Below are positions 27,248-42,000 of a DNA stretch of 64,000 nt, piece by piece. Within the stretch, counting starts at the first letter, position 1. The number at the start of each line of letters is the position of its first letter. The translations under genes were made by a program, and so were the position numbers. Below the pieces are notes generated by a model. It searched no databases, was not told the DNA's origin, and saw only the letters and a program-made list of their open reading frames with translations. The stretch comes from a virus, in the IMG/VR virus record IMGVR_UViG_3300032286_000547, positions 1-64,000 of that record. One strand, written 5' to 3'.

Positions 27248-30070
27248 ATGGCATCTTGGACAGATAAAATCCCAACCTTTAACCCTTACGTAGCACAATT
27301 GCCTGTTGACGCAATGGTTCAAGTTGGTATGTACAAACAAAAGCAGTATGATGAGGGTATACAAAAGATTCAAACTAACATTGATAATATTGCAGGATTA
27401 GACGTTATTAGAGATGTAGATAAAGTATATCTGCAATCTAAACTTAATCAACTAGGTAATGATCTTAGAGGTGTTGCTGCTGGTGACTTCTCTAATTTTC
27501 AATTGGTTAATTCTGTTAATGGAATGACCAATCAAATTGTTAAAGATAAAAACGTACAAACTGCTGTAGCTTCTACTGCTTGGGCTAGAAAAGAACAAGC
27601 AATGATGGAAGATGATAGAAAGAATGGAAAACTAACTCCTGATAATGAATACCATTTCAATAGTAAATTAAGCAATTGGATAAGTAATGATAAGGTTGGA
27701 GTTGGATTTAGTCAAAGATATGTACAACACTTTGATGTAGATAAGTTTGCTAGAGAAACATTTGATGCTGTAAAGCCTGATGGATTTTCTTACGATCAGA
27801 TATACCAATTAGGTGCTGATGGAAAACCTATGAAGGATGCCAGAGGTAATCTTATCTATTCTCCTACAATGACTAGAATGGAGAAAGAAGGTATCTTCCC
27901 TCCTAAAGTTAAAGCAACATTAGAACAAATCTTTTCAGATGCAAGAGTAGGTCAACAATTAAATATTACAGGTCAATATAACTATCGTGGATTAGATGCT
28001 AATCAACTTGCTCAAAAAGTTTCATCTCAAAGAACATCTGTATTAAGTGGATATGAAGATCAGTTACATGAACTCACTCTACAAAAAAGTATGGGTAAAA
28101 ATGTTCAATCTGATATTGATAATCTTGAAGCAAAGATTGCAACAGTAAATTCTGCATACGATGATTATGCTAATTCAGCTCTTGAAAATCCAGATGCTGT
28201 TAGAGGAGCTTTATACAAAGATGATGTGAGTGCTAGATACACAACCATGTTTGGTCAAATCAAAGATAAGACTCAAGTAATGGAAAACCCTGCTTGGAAC
28301 CAACAATGGAAAATGCAGATAGAAGCTAATGCACAATCTAGATGGGCTCAAGATTTCCGTCAAAGAAAAATTCAGCATGCAGATGATATGGGTTATAAGT
28401 ATGCAGCATTAGCTCAACAGAAAGAACTTACTATAATGAGTCTTAAAGCTAAAGGTAAAGGTAAGACACTTGGTGATGGTAGTACTTATGAAGGCTTTGG
28501 TCCTGGAGGAGAACTTACAGAACAAGGAGCTCAATCTGCAGCTATTGAAACAATTCGTGTACAGAATGCTAAGTTTGAAGAAGCTGCTACTAACTATTCT
28601 AATGCTTCAGATTCATTTATATGGGAAACTGTATTTAGTAAAATTCCTGCTAATTCTACTAAGCTTAATAAGTTAATGTCAGGAGGAATGAAGCGTAACG
28701 AAGCTATTTCTTTAATGATAAATAATGCTGCTAAAAATGCTGGTCAAACTCCTGAACAATTTAAAAGTGGTTGGGCAACTAGAGCAACTACAGAATATAA
28801 TAAATTAACTCCTGAACAAAAAGCTGCACGTCCAATCATAGGAGATACATATCAAGCATTCAGAAACAGTAAACGTATATTTGAAAGTGAGTTAACTGTT
28901 AAGCAAAAAATTGATGAACAAACCAAAGTAGAACTTGGAGAGGTTGGTAAGAAACTTGCTATGACAGATTTCAAACCACAAACAGTAACTTACAAGGATA
29001 AAAAATATACACTTACTAAAGATGATATGTTAGATCTTGCCATCTATAAAAAAGGTGATCTAGGATTTATAGATTCTTTATTTGGTGGTGATGAAGCTAA
29101 AGCTCTTGAACAAGAATCAAAAATGGCTCTTTCTAGATTACAGAAAAGAGGTAAAGGAGCATTAGCAGAAGCATATCTTGATGACAATGAGGATGTTATT
29201 ATTGATAACAATGGTGTAGGAACTAAGGTTCAAAATCTATCATTCTGGCAAGATATAAAAGATCTTATTAAACTTCCTACTAAAATAATGTATGAATCAG
29301 AAAGAGGACCATCAAGAAACTGGTCTCAAGTTCATAAAGTGGAAGGTATAATGAATAATCAAGCTTACTCAGAAGGAATTCAAAAGAAAGCTGAGATTAT
29401 ACAACAGCATTATAACATTGCTCCAAACAGAAACATTGATATAATGACAGGAGATAATGAAACTGATAGAGCTACATTAGCAAAACTTAAACGTTGGGGT
29501 GCTGAGTCTGTAACAGGAGCAGGAAACTTATCTCCAGATTATGAAGACTTCAATAAGAGTTTATCTAATAATCCTAATGAAAACAATATCGGTGCTAGAA
29601 CTATATTTGATGAGAACAACAATCCTATGGTTGAGGTGATCTCTTATAATAGTGATGGTAAACGAAAAGCTGGTATTACATTACAACCTGATCAAGCTGT
29701 TAAAATTGGTATTGATCTTGGTACATTATATGAAAGCAGAGAAGCTTCTGCACTTAGAAATAAACTGAACTATAATAATTATCAAAGTTCTGCTGGGGAT
29801 CCTACTCAGGTATCTACTTATTTATCTGGAGATTCATGGTACGATAAAACTGATTTCCCAATGATGAAAAATAACACAACGTTTGACGTTCAATCAAATG
29901 TTGTATTTAGTAATGGAAAATATTATCCTTTCTTATATGTGTCTGATGGAAAAAGAAAATCTGTAAAACAACTAGATGGTGATGAGAATTTAGAAAACGT
30001 ACTTACCACTCTTAAGACTGTAGTTAATCCTACACTTGTACAAGGTTTATTAACAATACCAAATCAATAA
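27248..30070 (+). CDS. Virion cargo/ejection protein preceding the RNAP
   Basis: 940-aa helical protein starting FNPYVAQLPV...KQKQYD; synteny with crAss-like cargo genes. Confidence 0.55.
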   Translation: MASWTDKIPTFNPYVAQLPVDAMVQVGMYKQKQYDEGIQKIQTNIDNIAGLDVIRDVDKVYLQSKLNQLGNDLRGVAAGDFSNFQLVNSVNGMTNQIVKDKNVQTAVASTAWARKEQAMMEDDRKNGKLTPDNEYHFNSKLSNWISNDKVGVGFSQRYVQHFDVDKFARETFDAVKPDGFSYDQIYQLGADGKPMKDARGNLIYSPTMTRMEKEGIFPPKVKATLEQIFSDARVGQQLNITGQYNYRGLDANQLAQKVSSQRTSVLSGYEDQLHELTLQKSMGKNVQSDIDNLEAKIATVNSAYDDYANSALENPDAVRGALYKDDVSARYTTMFGQIKDKTQVMENPAWNQQWKMQIEANAQSRWAQDFRQRKIQHADDMGYKYAALAQQKELTIMSLKAKGKGKTLGDGSTYEGFGPGGELTEQGAQSAAIETIRVQNAKFEEAATNYSNASDSFIWETVFSKIPANSTKLNKLMSGGMKRNEAISLMINNAAKNAGQTPEQFKSGWATRATTEYNKLTPEQKAARPIIGDTYQAFRNSKRIFESELTVKQKIDEQTKVELGEVGKKLAMTDFKPQTVTYKDKKYTLTKDDMLDLAIYKKGDLGFIDSLFGGDEAKALEQESKMALSRLQKRGKGALAEAYLDDNEDVIIDNNGVGTKVQNLSFWQDIKDLIKLPTKIMYESERGPSRNWSQVHKVEGIMNNQAYSEGIQKKAEIIQQHYNIAPNRNIDIMTGDNETDRATLAKLKRWGAESVTGAGNLSPDYEDFNKSLSNNPNENNIGARTIFDENNNPMVEVISYNSDGKRKAGITLQPDQAVKIGIDLGTLYESREASALRNKLNYNNYQSSAGDPTQVSTYLSGDSWYDKTDFPMMKNNTTFDVQSNVVFSNGKYYPFLYVSDGKRKSVKQLDGDENLENVLTTLKTVVNPTLVQGLLTIPNQ

Positions 30071-30072
30071 TT

Positions 30073-33000
30073 ATGCTTCCACCAAGTAAAGAAAATTATA
30101 TAAACAGAAAAGGAGTGGCAGTAGGTCTTCCTACTACACCAATTGTAGCTGATGTAGATTTTCAAAGAAATCAAACTGAACCAGGACAGAATATATCTGC
30201 AATAGATATGTGGAAAAATGCACTAGCTCAACCTAAAGATTTGGGTGTAGCAGATATTCCATTGTCTTCTTTTTACATAGGTAATAGATATAAACAAACT
30301 TTACCTGGAACAGATTATGAAGAGATGGCTGCTAGTGGTCAAACTGCTGGTGAGAAGTGGGCCAATGGTTCATTGAAACTATTAGGCACTGCAACAACAT
30401 CTTTTATTTCTGGTACTGTAGGACTTGTAAATGGTATTGGTGCATCTATTGCAGAACAAAGACTTGCATCTTTGATTGATAATACTACTACAAGAAAAAT
30501 GGATGAGGTGATGAGAGGGTTAGAAGATTATGCTCCTAACTACTATTCACATCAAGAACAAGATGCTAACTGGTATTCTCCAAAAAATATTCTTACAGCA
30601 AACTTCTGGTCTGACAAGGTGTTAAAAAATCTTGGTTATTCTGTTGGAGCTATAGGAGGTGGAGTTGCATGGAGTAGTTTGTTTAGATCTATTGGTCTTA
30701 CTAATAAATTAGTTCAAGCAGGTAGAGGTCTGGAAGCAGCTACTGCAATTGAAGGATCAATGAGTGCTGTACCAAACATGCAGAAACTTAATGCATTTGA
30801 GAGTGCGTTAAACTCTATGGCACAAAAATATATCAAGTCTCCAGTATCTGCTGTATTAAAAGACTCTGATAGAATTCTTACATCTACTATGGGTACATTC
30901 GGTGAAGCTTCTATGGAAGGTCTTCAAGGAATGAATGAATATAGAAGAAACGCTATAGAAGAATACAAAAAAATATATGGTGTAGAACCTACAGGAGAAG
31001 CATTAGATAGAATCAATGAGTCTGCTGATCAAGTAGGTATGTACATTTGGGGAGGTAACAGTCTTTTATTAACTGGTACTAACTACGTACAGTTACCTAA
31101 GATATTAGGAAGCTCAAGAAAAGCTGACAAAGCTTTAATCAATGAGATAACAAAAGATGCTGAAACTGGTTTATACAAACAAGTAGTTCCAAAAACTACC
31201 TTTGGAAGAATCACACAAAAAGCAAAAGGTATAAGTCAAGTGTTGTTTTCTCCTTCAGAAGCATTTGAAGAAGGAATGCAGTTCTCTATTCAAACAGGTG
31301 TAACTAACTACTTCCAACGTGCACGTGAGAATAAACAAGATACTAGAGAATTCCTAAGCACATTAAGTGGAGCTATGGGTAATGTATTTGGTGAAGGTAT
31401 TCATAATACATTAACTACTAAAGAAGGAATGGAAAGCATTCTTATTGGTGGTATATCAGGAGGAATTCAACAAGGTGGTATCATTGGTACATATAGAAAT
31501 AAAGATGGTGATACAAGAGTTGGTATTGGTAAATCAGGAGTGATTGCTGAACAAGGATTGTTTGGTACAGGTGGAGAAAGACAAGCTAATACTAAGCAAG
31601 CTATTGATGCTCTTAATAAAACAAGTCTTCAGAAACAACTTAAAGATAGCGTTGGATATTTAGCAATAGGAATAGGTTCTCAAAAACTAAGACAAGAAGC
31701 AATTGCTAATAACGATGTGCTTTCTGAAAAAGACTATGAGGCTGACTTCACGCTTTCTTATTTAATGCCTAGAATTAAGTATGGAAAAATTGATGCTGTA
31801 AAAGAAGAACTTGATTTATATAGAAGTCAAGCAATGGATCCAGAAGGTTTTAGAGAATTAGTAAGAGGAGGAATTGCTAATGCAAATGAAACAAGAGAAC
31901 AGTTTTTACAAAAATTGAATAACTTACAAGAGTTATCTGATAGTGTAAGTTCAATATATGGAAAGCTAAACGATAAGTATGAGAATGCTGTTGATGAGAA
32001 TGGTCAAATCAAATACACAGATGATACAATTGATAAACTTGTATATGCTGCGTCTAAGATTAGAAACTATGACTCACGTATGCCAGAACTGGCTAACTCT
32101 CTTATAGAATCAAATGTAGATGCACAAGGTTTCTTAAATGCTATATTGGAGAAAGAAGGATCTAGCGTTGATGACATTAAAAGTACATTAGCATACATCG
32201 ATCAATTAGATGTTACAGATGATGTAAAGAGTGATCTTAAAAACAGTTTATATGATCTTGCAGAACTTTCTTTGAGAAGAAAGGAAATGATTGATCAGTA
32301 TAATGATATTTTAAATAAACCACAAAACTATAAAGAAGCAGAGGAAGTTGATGATATTGTTGATGAAGAATTTCCAATGTCTGAAACAGAAGAACAAGTA
32401 GAAGAAGAAGATGTTATACCAGAAGATGCGCAAGTAGTTAAAGTGAAGACCAAAGATGGTGAAAGAAGCTTAGAAGTTGGTGTAGACTATTTTGTTGGTA
32501 AAGGTGTTGATTATGAGAAGGAAGGACTTAACTCTCCTGTTCCTATCTCTAAGCTTACTATTGTAGGAGAGAACGCAGATGGTACAATTAAAATTAGAAC
32601 AGATAAAGGAGAGCTTAGAGACATCTCTAAGAAGGTGTTGGAAAACTATAAGCTTGGAAAGGTAACGTCCTTAAAAGCTAATAAGACAGCTAACTTCTTT
32701 TACAATCATAGAAATGATCTTTACGAATATAACTTTGGTAAAAACTTTGGTGGAGTAAAACAAGGTAGACTTGAATTACAAGAGGGTAAGTTATACTTTG
32801 TGTATTTGAATGAAGAAGGTAAGGTGGATAAGAAACAATTATTCAACTCACACTTTGTTGCACAAGAAGGATATGAGAAAGCTAGAGTTACTAAAGTGGG
32901 TAATGTTACATCAGAAACTGCAGAACAAAAAGTATCTAGAGAAGATTTTACTTCTCCAGAAGAACTAGCTAAACAAAAACAAACTCTTGCTAAGAATAGA

Positions 33001-36000
33001 GAAGCAAGGTTAGAAGTGTTGTCTCAACTTGAGGTTGAAACAAATCAACGTTTAGAAGAGATTAACAAAAAGCTTTTATCTAAAACAGATGAATTAACTA
33101 AGATACAAGAAGACCTTGATGCTATAGCTAAACTTAAAGAAGATGGAGTTAAAGGACAAAAGGTAAAAGGTAATTTCTCAAAAGTGTTATCTACTAGTGT
33201 AAGAACACTAAATAGATATGCCAACATGAAAAAGAATGTTGACTTAGAGATTGCTAAACTTAAAGCTGAGCAAGAAGAGCTTGAGATGAATATCTCATAC
33301 TTCCAAGACTTTGCTAATAACTTAGATGATCTTCCTGAGAACACAGGTGAGTTCCTTAAAGAGTTAAGAGACCAAATTGGTTGGTTAACTGATCTTGGAA
33401 AACAAACTGCAGAATCTCTTTCAGCTTTAGAGAAACTAAGCAAACAAATTACTGATGCTATTAAAGATGTTGCTCGTCTATTGAAAAGTAGCTTGAATAC
33501 ATTTGATAGTGAATACTCTGATTATATAAGTGAAGCATTAGATAATATGATTGACTCTGAAGATCCTACAGTAGGATTGGCTATAGTTAAAGAATATCTT
33601 GCTGACTATGCATTAACAAATGATTTAGTTAAAGAAATCTCTATCAATGCTACTAAGTTAGAAGATGTTTCTGAACAAGCTAAAGAGATACAAGCAAAAC
33701 TTAATGAGCTTCGTAATGAATATAAAGCTAAGAAACTTATAGTAGATAGATTCCAAAAGATCTTTGATGAGTATAAGAAACAAAAAGCTGAAGAAGATAA
33801 ACTATATTCTAGTGATGCAATAGTTAATAAAGCATTGTCTACAGAAGATAAAGGAATGCCTTCTCGTGAATATAATAAAGAGTTTGAAGCTGATGCTAAA
33901 AAATCTAATGAGATAGTTCCTAGAGCAACTATTCCTGTAGAAGAAGGTGAACCTCATCAAATTAGAGCTAACACATTCGGTGCTAACATGAATTCATTTC
34001 CTAATAGAAATGATATTCGTGGTGTATACATTACATCTAAAAATCAAAACCAATTACTTCCAGGTGTTATAGAACGCATGTTAGGTAATGATGCTACCCT
34101 TATCAACAAGTATAAGAACAGCATGATTGTTTTAGTAATGGTTAATACTAATGGACAGTTGGTAGGTGTAGATGGACAACCTATTGCACCAGGAACTGAA
34201 CTATTAGATGCTGCTATCTATCAAGCTTTCCCTGAGAATAAAATGAGAGATGGTTCTTTATTTAGAGCTACCACTCCTCAGGATGTAAGAGATGCAATCA
34301 TTGTACAATATGATAAGTGGAGAGATGAAGTGCTGAAACAAACTACGGTGGGTGCAAAGCATGAGATAGAAGCTTCATTTGGTATTGTTGAAAATGTAAA
34401 AGATGCTAGTGGTAAGATTGTGTATAGCACAAGAACATCTGTTGCATCTGCAGGACTTATTACTCCTAGTCAATTAGAACGTTCTCAGTTGATATTCATT
34501 CCTAAAACTAACACTAGAGTTAGTAAAGGAACTGTATCATATGATAGTGCATTGGGTGCTGTGTTTCTTGAAACTCCTAATGGATATACAAAACTTCAAA
34601 ACAGACAACACACTGAAGCTGAGGCTAATGCTATCTTTGATGCTATGTTATTGTTTGCTAAAAACATGATCAATCCTGAAGAAGGAACAGATAGTGATAG
34701 CTCAAAACGTGCTTTAAGATTTTTACAAGGAACTACTTATTGGGGAATTCCTAGAAATCAAGATGGAACCAGAAAAGAGAAAGATGGATACAGTAGCTTA
34801 TTCTTTGAGAAGAGTGCTGAGACAGGTAGACTTACAATCATGATTGGTGGTAAGGATGTGGGTATTTTATTCACTCCATCTGCAATGAAACTTAATAAAG
34901 AAAGACTTGTTGCTGAGATAGGAAAAATCTATACAAATACAAACTCTGCTTTTGCTCAAGACTTGAATGAGAAGTTTGAACAAATTATTTCTATTTCTCC
35001 TGAGGGTGAAATCAATTCTCAAGTATGGGATAACTATCAATCATATTTATTATCAGATGTTAAGCCTGATGGATCTACAAGAAATGATTATGAACTTCCA
35101 TTGTCTACAACAGCAAGACCTTTAATTGCTGAAGGAGATGTAAATAGAAAAGGAATATATTTCTTCACTACAGATACAGCAGATAACTTTGTTGTGCCTG
35201 AACCTAAAAAGAATGTTGCTAAGGTGTTGACACCTGGAGCTCCTATAGCTAAGCCTTCTGCTTCAGATGACTTTGCAATGGAATTCACTTATGGTGAAGA
35301 AACTTCTATTTATAAATTAGATGGAACTACAACTAATACATACACTTCTCCTGAGGGTAAGAAAATATTATTTAGAGCTCCTGCTACAACAACACTTGAT
35401 AACTATGCTGAGTCTATTACTATTATGCAAGGTGGAGATCTTGCTGAGATAGTTAAGAAGATTGAAGATGCTGGTAAAGATCCAAAAGATATTATCAAGA
35501 AAACAGTCTATAATGCTATTGCTCAAGACTTAACTAAAGTGGCTGCTGAGCAAGAAATGGAATTTGAGTTTACAATGCCTGAGGATGTTATTGAACAAGC
35601 TCAAGAAGAAGCTGGTAAACCTTTAGATCAAGATGTAATAGATGCTATCAACTCAATGATTGATGATGGTAATGATGAAGCACATCGTGTTGCAGTTGAA
35701 TCAGAAGTTAACATGTTTGAACCTGAGAACTGGAATGATGTAGAAACTTGGTTGAAAGCTAACTTCCCTAACCTTCCTGTATACAGAGTTAAGAATATTA
35801 TTCAAGCTACTAATGGTAGACAAGCTTGGGGTATGCTTAAAGATGGTGCTATCTACTTGTATGAAAATGCTGAAGTGGGTACTGCATATCATGAGGTGTT
35901 TGAAGCTGTATGGAAAATGTTTACAGATGTTACTGAGCAAGAAGCTATTCGTAAAGAATTTACTTCTCGTAAAGGAACATTCGTAGATAGACCTACAGGT

Positions 36001-39000
36001 AAAACAATCAAATACTCTGAAGCTACACCAGAGCAAGCTAAAGAACAATTAGCTGAAGAGTTCAGAGAATATATTATGACAGGTAAAGTTCCTGTTAAAC
36101 CAAGTGCAGGAAGACCATTTATAGTTAAATTGTTTGCTGACATTGCATCATTCTTTAAACAGTTCTTCTTTGGTAAGACTGCAGTTAATAACACTGAGGA
36201 GTTATTCAAAAGAATAGGTAATGGTTATTACAAAAAGAACATGCCATATGCTACACAGCTATCTATGGCTAAAGAAGGTATTATTGATATAGAAGATGCA
36301 TTTGCTGATTCTGAATCAGAGTTTAGACTTACCACAATTAGTGATAAGGAAGGAGCTGATATCATTCAACATATGACCTATCTAACTCTTACCAATTTGA
36401 TTGGTACAGATAGAAGTCTTTTCACACGTGATTCTATTCCTTCTTCAGAATTATATTCTGGTTTAAAGGCACAGATATTACAAACCATTAACCAAAAGAA
36501 TATTGCTGCTAATAAACTTTTAGAGAATGAAGAGTATCTTAAAGATAACAGAGAAGAAAAAACTAGATTGTTAAAACAAGCAATTGTTAAGAACACTGTA
36601 TTCATGCAGAATGTTTCTAGTGAGTGGCCTGTTATTGTTGAGAGACATAAAGAGTATTTAAGAGGATATCAAATTGAATTCGATGAGAATGATAACGTTG
36701 CTATAAATGATATTGAGAAAAGTAAAGATGAAGGATTTGGTGATGCTTCTAAAATAGATAGCTTCAAGAAAGCTAATCCTGCAATCAAACTTTTACTTTC
36801 TACTATACCTGTAGTTAATCCTAACAATCCTAGTAAGTTACAACCATCTAGTATTGGAGGAGCTATATTAATTCCTACAAGTAAAACATACATCAGCTTA
36901 ATGAGTAACCTACATGATGCTTCAAGTATTGAAGACATGTTAGAGAAACTACGTTTGATGGCAGAGAATGATCCTAACTATAGAACGTTATATAAACGTA
37001 TTACTAAGAGATCATTTGATGAAGAAGGTGTTGAGTTAGATAGAGTGGATACAACTCATGGATTACAATTGATTAGTGCATTATGGAGAACTTTTAAAAA
37101 ACAAAATCCTGAGGTTAAAAATGTATTCATTCTTGAGAATGGAGATGTTGTTGTTGGAGATGCTAGTCTTTCAAATGCTGCTAACCAATTAAGAAGTGAA
37201 TACATAAATAACATTGTTACTTACGCTAAAGGTAACAAAGGATTCTTTACATATGATGACAAGAAGAAAGTGTTTGTAGGTAATCAATCAAAGATCAAAG
37301 AGGTTAAGCTTGATAGCGTTACAGCAATGGTTGACTTCCTTAAGCAATTAGGAATACCATTCACTGCATCTGAAGTGATTAAACTTAAAGGAGAACAATT
37401 AACAATGTTTAAAGATGCTGTATCTGGTATCAAAACAAGTATATCACAAAACAAAGAGATTGCTACATTCTCTGGTAAAGTGTTAGACATTAGTAATCGT
37501 TTATTAGAACTTGGACTTGTAAAAGCTACAATATCTAATCCTGAATTCAACAGTACTTATTTCAATGTATCTGGTGAGCGTACTCAATCGTTCATTGGAA
37601 CTAATGCCGCATCTGATCTTTACACATTCTTATCTAAGATAAATAATATATCAGAGATTGCTGGTACTAAATATAGCTACTTATTAACTGACTCCTTTGC
37701 ACAGAACTCTAATCTTATGCAAAGAATGTTTGCAGCAGATGGTACTCGTAAAGCAAAGACAAGTGACTTGTTTAAAATAGGATATGTAAGTGGTACAATC
37801 AATGAATCAAATGGTAAACAAAAACCATCTTCTAAACTTACATTCCCAGAGCGTCTAACTCAAGAATTAAACTTAAACTTATCAGGAAGATACTTAAACT
37901 TAATTCCTGGTGATGCTTCTCTTGAATGGATGATTAATATGGGTAATCCTGTTTCTTCTGCTTCTATCTCTAGAGGTATGGGTGAAATCAATGAAATATT
38001 CAAAGGATACTTCTTATCTGAGTTAGCTCTATCTAGAGAAACAGATCGTCCAGTAGCTAAAGATAGAAATAGAAAAGACTTACGTTTCTTCAAATCTATT
38101 CTTGGTGAAGAATTACACAAAGAAATTATTTCTTCAAAAGAAGATGTAGAAGCAGTGTATGCTTTAAATGAAAACAAAATCAATGCTGCATTATTAAAAT
38201 ACATCAACTCTGAGACTTCTAAATACGGAAGCTACTTAAAGAGATTTGGTATTCTTCAAGAAGGTATGACAGGATTTACATTAAAGAATGTTAACCTACC
38301 TAAGAACATGTCTAGTGCTGAATTGAATAGACAACTATCTCTTCTTACAGTTAACTTCATGATCAATAATATAGAGATGCATAAACTATTATATGCAGAT
38401 CCATATCAGTATGATGATGAGTTAAAACGTATTAAGAGTTTCAACTCTCCACGTCAATCTATAATCAGTAATTCTCCTAAGATGAATACTGCATTCAGTG
38501 ATGTTTGGAACAGAGGGTATGAAAAAGGAGATATTGCATATACAGAATTTACACAAGACTATTTCCGTACAGCTACACATGAAGATGTTATAGGGATAAG
38601 TGATCTTCCTGGATATGGTGCTTATAAAGAAACAGATGGTTCTGGTATCATTGAAATGAAATCAAACCGTCAGTTTAGAATTAGAGCTGGTGAATGGAAT
38701 GAGAATGAAGAAAGACAATTCAAATATGACATAGCTTGGGAGAAAAGAGACAAAGGATTAAGTTTAAGTACTTACGAAGAGTTTTTACTTGATCAAGGAA
38801 ATCCTCAAGTTAATAGTGCTTACACTCCATTGAAACCAATTGTATCTGGAGCTAAGTTAGGATCTGATGGTCAACCTAAAAACATCAATGATGTTGTATT
38901 AGACAAGTATGCATTGTATCCATTATCATATCGTATAATGAAAGAACTTAATCCAGATTCTAATGCTGTTAAGTTGTATAATAAGATGCAAGCTGAGAAT

Positions 39001-42000
39001 ATAGATTACATTGTGTTCAAGTCTGCTAGAAAGGTTGGAGCTGAAGCACAACATTCTACATACGATAAACAAACAGGAGAATTCAATAATGCTCCATACG
39101 AAGGAATAATCAATGTACCATTCTCTATTATGAGTGTACAATCAGAAGTTCCTTCTAAAGCAGAAGCATTGGTAACTAGAGGATCTCAAGTAACTAAGTT
39201 ACTTACATTAGATTACTTAGCTGCTGGTGTACCTATTGACTTCTTCCCTGGAAAAGATTTTGATCAAAGATACAAAGCTTGGAACAAACTTAGTCCTACA
39301 CAACAGATTGAGAAATCTCCTATCTTCAAAGATATTAAAGATAACCAAGTGTTACTTAATGAAATCATGGAAGAAGGATTCAACACTCTTCTTAATACAT
39401 TAGGTATAGTGTATGCAGATGGTGAGTTTAAAGTGAAGTCATTTGAGAAAGCTGTTAAAACATTACGTAATGAAGTGTTGAAGAGAGAAGTTAATGATAA
39501 CATCAGTGATGCATTAACTGGATTCTTAGAAGGTAAATCAGTTCTAGAAGCTACACCTGCTGGACAACAAATCAAAAACATTTTATATTCTATTGCTGAT
39601 AGAGAGGTGATCTCTCCTAAGATCTCTGGTGGTATGAAGGTACAGATACCTTCTACATTATTAGAGAGTGTAAGAGCAAAAGAATCAGAAATCAATGGTA
39701 AGACAGGATTTACATCTGATACACTTAAGTTCTATGAGGATAAAGATGGTGGACGTGTGTGTGAAATCATGGTGGGTAGATGGTTCAAATCAGATATGTC
39801 TGATGCAGATCTTCTTGATTACCTAAACAATACACCAGAAGGACAAAGTATATTATCTGGATTAGCATTCCGTATTCCTACACAGAAACAAAACTCTATT
39901 GATAGCTTTGTTATCAAACAATTCTTACCAAAAGAATTTGGAGATTCTGTTGTTGTACCTGCTGCATTAGTAGAGAAGGTTGGATCGGATTTTGATATCG
40001 ATAAACTTTCAATCTATTTCAAGAATGTTTATGAAAATAAGAAAGGAGAAATTAAACTTGTTCCATTCTTAGGGTATGGTGAAAAAGCTAAGGCTAAGTT
40101 TGCAGAGATGTTTGATCAAGGTGAGTTCATCAATAAAGATGAGATGGCTAAGGTTGAAGCTTTCATAAAAGATAATCAACAACCTCTAACTGAAGAGTTA
40201 AGTGATAAGTTGATTGTTAGTATTTTTGGAGAAGCATTTGACACTGATCAAGCTTTGCTAGAAGACTATTTAGCAAACACTACTAAAGAAGAGTTCAAGT
40301 CTAGAATAGTTAATAAACTATACAAACAATCTCTTGAGAATGCATACATTCAATCTTCTCAAAACTTAGTGTCTCATCCATCTAACTTCAGTAAACTTAT
40401 AAAACCTAACTCAGCTGATCAATTAAAAAAACTTGGTAACTTTATTGCAGAGAAAACAGTAGGTCAATCATTTGATTATACAAATGTAGGAAACATGTTG
40501 GATAGAAGGTTTATGGCCAGATTAAGACATGCGTTTGTTACAGGTAAGTATGCTATTGGTATTGCTGCAGTGAATCAAACTAACCACTCTCTTAACCAAA
40601 GACAAGCTACTTATATAGATGATACAAGACTTAACAAATTAAGTAAAGAAGATCAGTTCTGGATAGGTGATGCTAAGGTGAAGTTTGAAAAATTCAATCA
40701 GATGACTATAGAAGGTAAAGGACTTGTTCCTTCACTATCTATGATTACAAATGCTGATGGTCAGGATATATCTGATATTCTAGGACAGTTCATTGATGGG
40801 TATGTAGATATCTCTGCAGGTCCATGGATCATGGAGCTTGGTGCTACACCAAATGTTGCTTCTACATTCATGTTCTTAGTTAAGATAGGTGTACCTATTG
40901 ATACTGTAGCTTATTTCATGAACCAACCTATCATCTATGACTACTTAAATAATATTGAGAATGCTGGATATAGCTGGTTGTTTATTGAGGATTTTGTAAA
41001 AGAAATTAAAAATAGTGAGAAATATGCAATTGCAAAAGATGCTAGTGTAGTTCCTGTTGATACAATCCCTGGTAAATCAGTATTGAAAGATAATGTAGGT
41101 AAAGACAAGTTTAATACACAAGAGAGAGCACAACAACAATTTATGCTTGATGAGTTCTTGAAGTATGCTAAGATGGGAGAACAATTGTTCTTAGTAACAC
41201 AAGGAAGTAACTATGACACTGCTACACTTAATGATCCATTATTGATATGGAAGAAGGATCAGCAATTAGCTAAAGCACAGAATACAGTTATTTCTTCTGT
41301 AGATGACATATTAGATAACTCTCATATTGGAAGTATTAGAACTAAAGCTGGTGAGATCAGACAAGCATTAGCAGAGATTCTTAAGTCAGATAAATCTAGA
41401 GTGAGAAGTGTGATACAAAAAGTGATGACTCCTTACATCAATATGAATGACAGAGACTTTGTTAAAACAGCACAGAAGGTACAGAATGATCTTTTTGACT
41501 GGGCTGTACAAAATGATCAGAAGTTTAATGATGAGCTTAGAACAGTGTTAATTGAAGATGGTGGATATGCTAAAGATATTCTAGACTTTGTAAACAGAGT
41601 TAAAAATAGTGTCAAAGGAGATCCTGAATTTCCTTTAAAAGATAATCATGTAATCAATATCATTGAGAGTGATCCATCTAAGAAAGCAAGTGCAAACACA
41701 CCTAATAATATTAAGGTGAAGGGATTAGATAATAAAGTGTACGATCAAAACAATATCATCTATGCATTTAGAGAAATAAGAGAACATTTGAATTCTCAGA
41801 ATAAAATAACTGGTGAGAACAATCAATTGTACAACAACCTTGTAACACTTGCTGTATTACAATCAGGACTTTCTAATTCTCCTATATCATTTACATCGGT
41901 TATACCTTATGAGGATTTTGAAAAAATCTATAACAAAACCTTGTCTAAATTAGAAAGTATTCCTAACTTAGACGACTTTTACAACATAGGTGTATTCCAA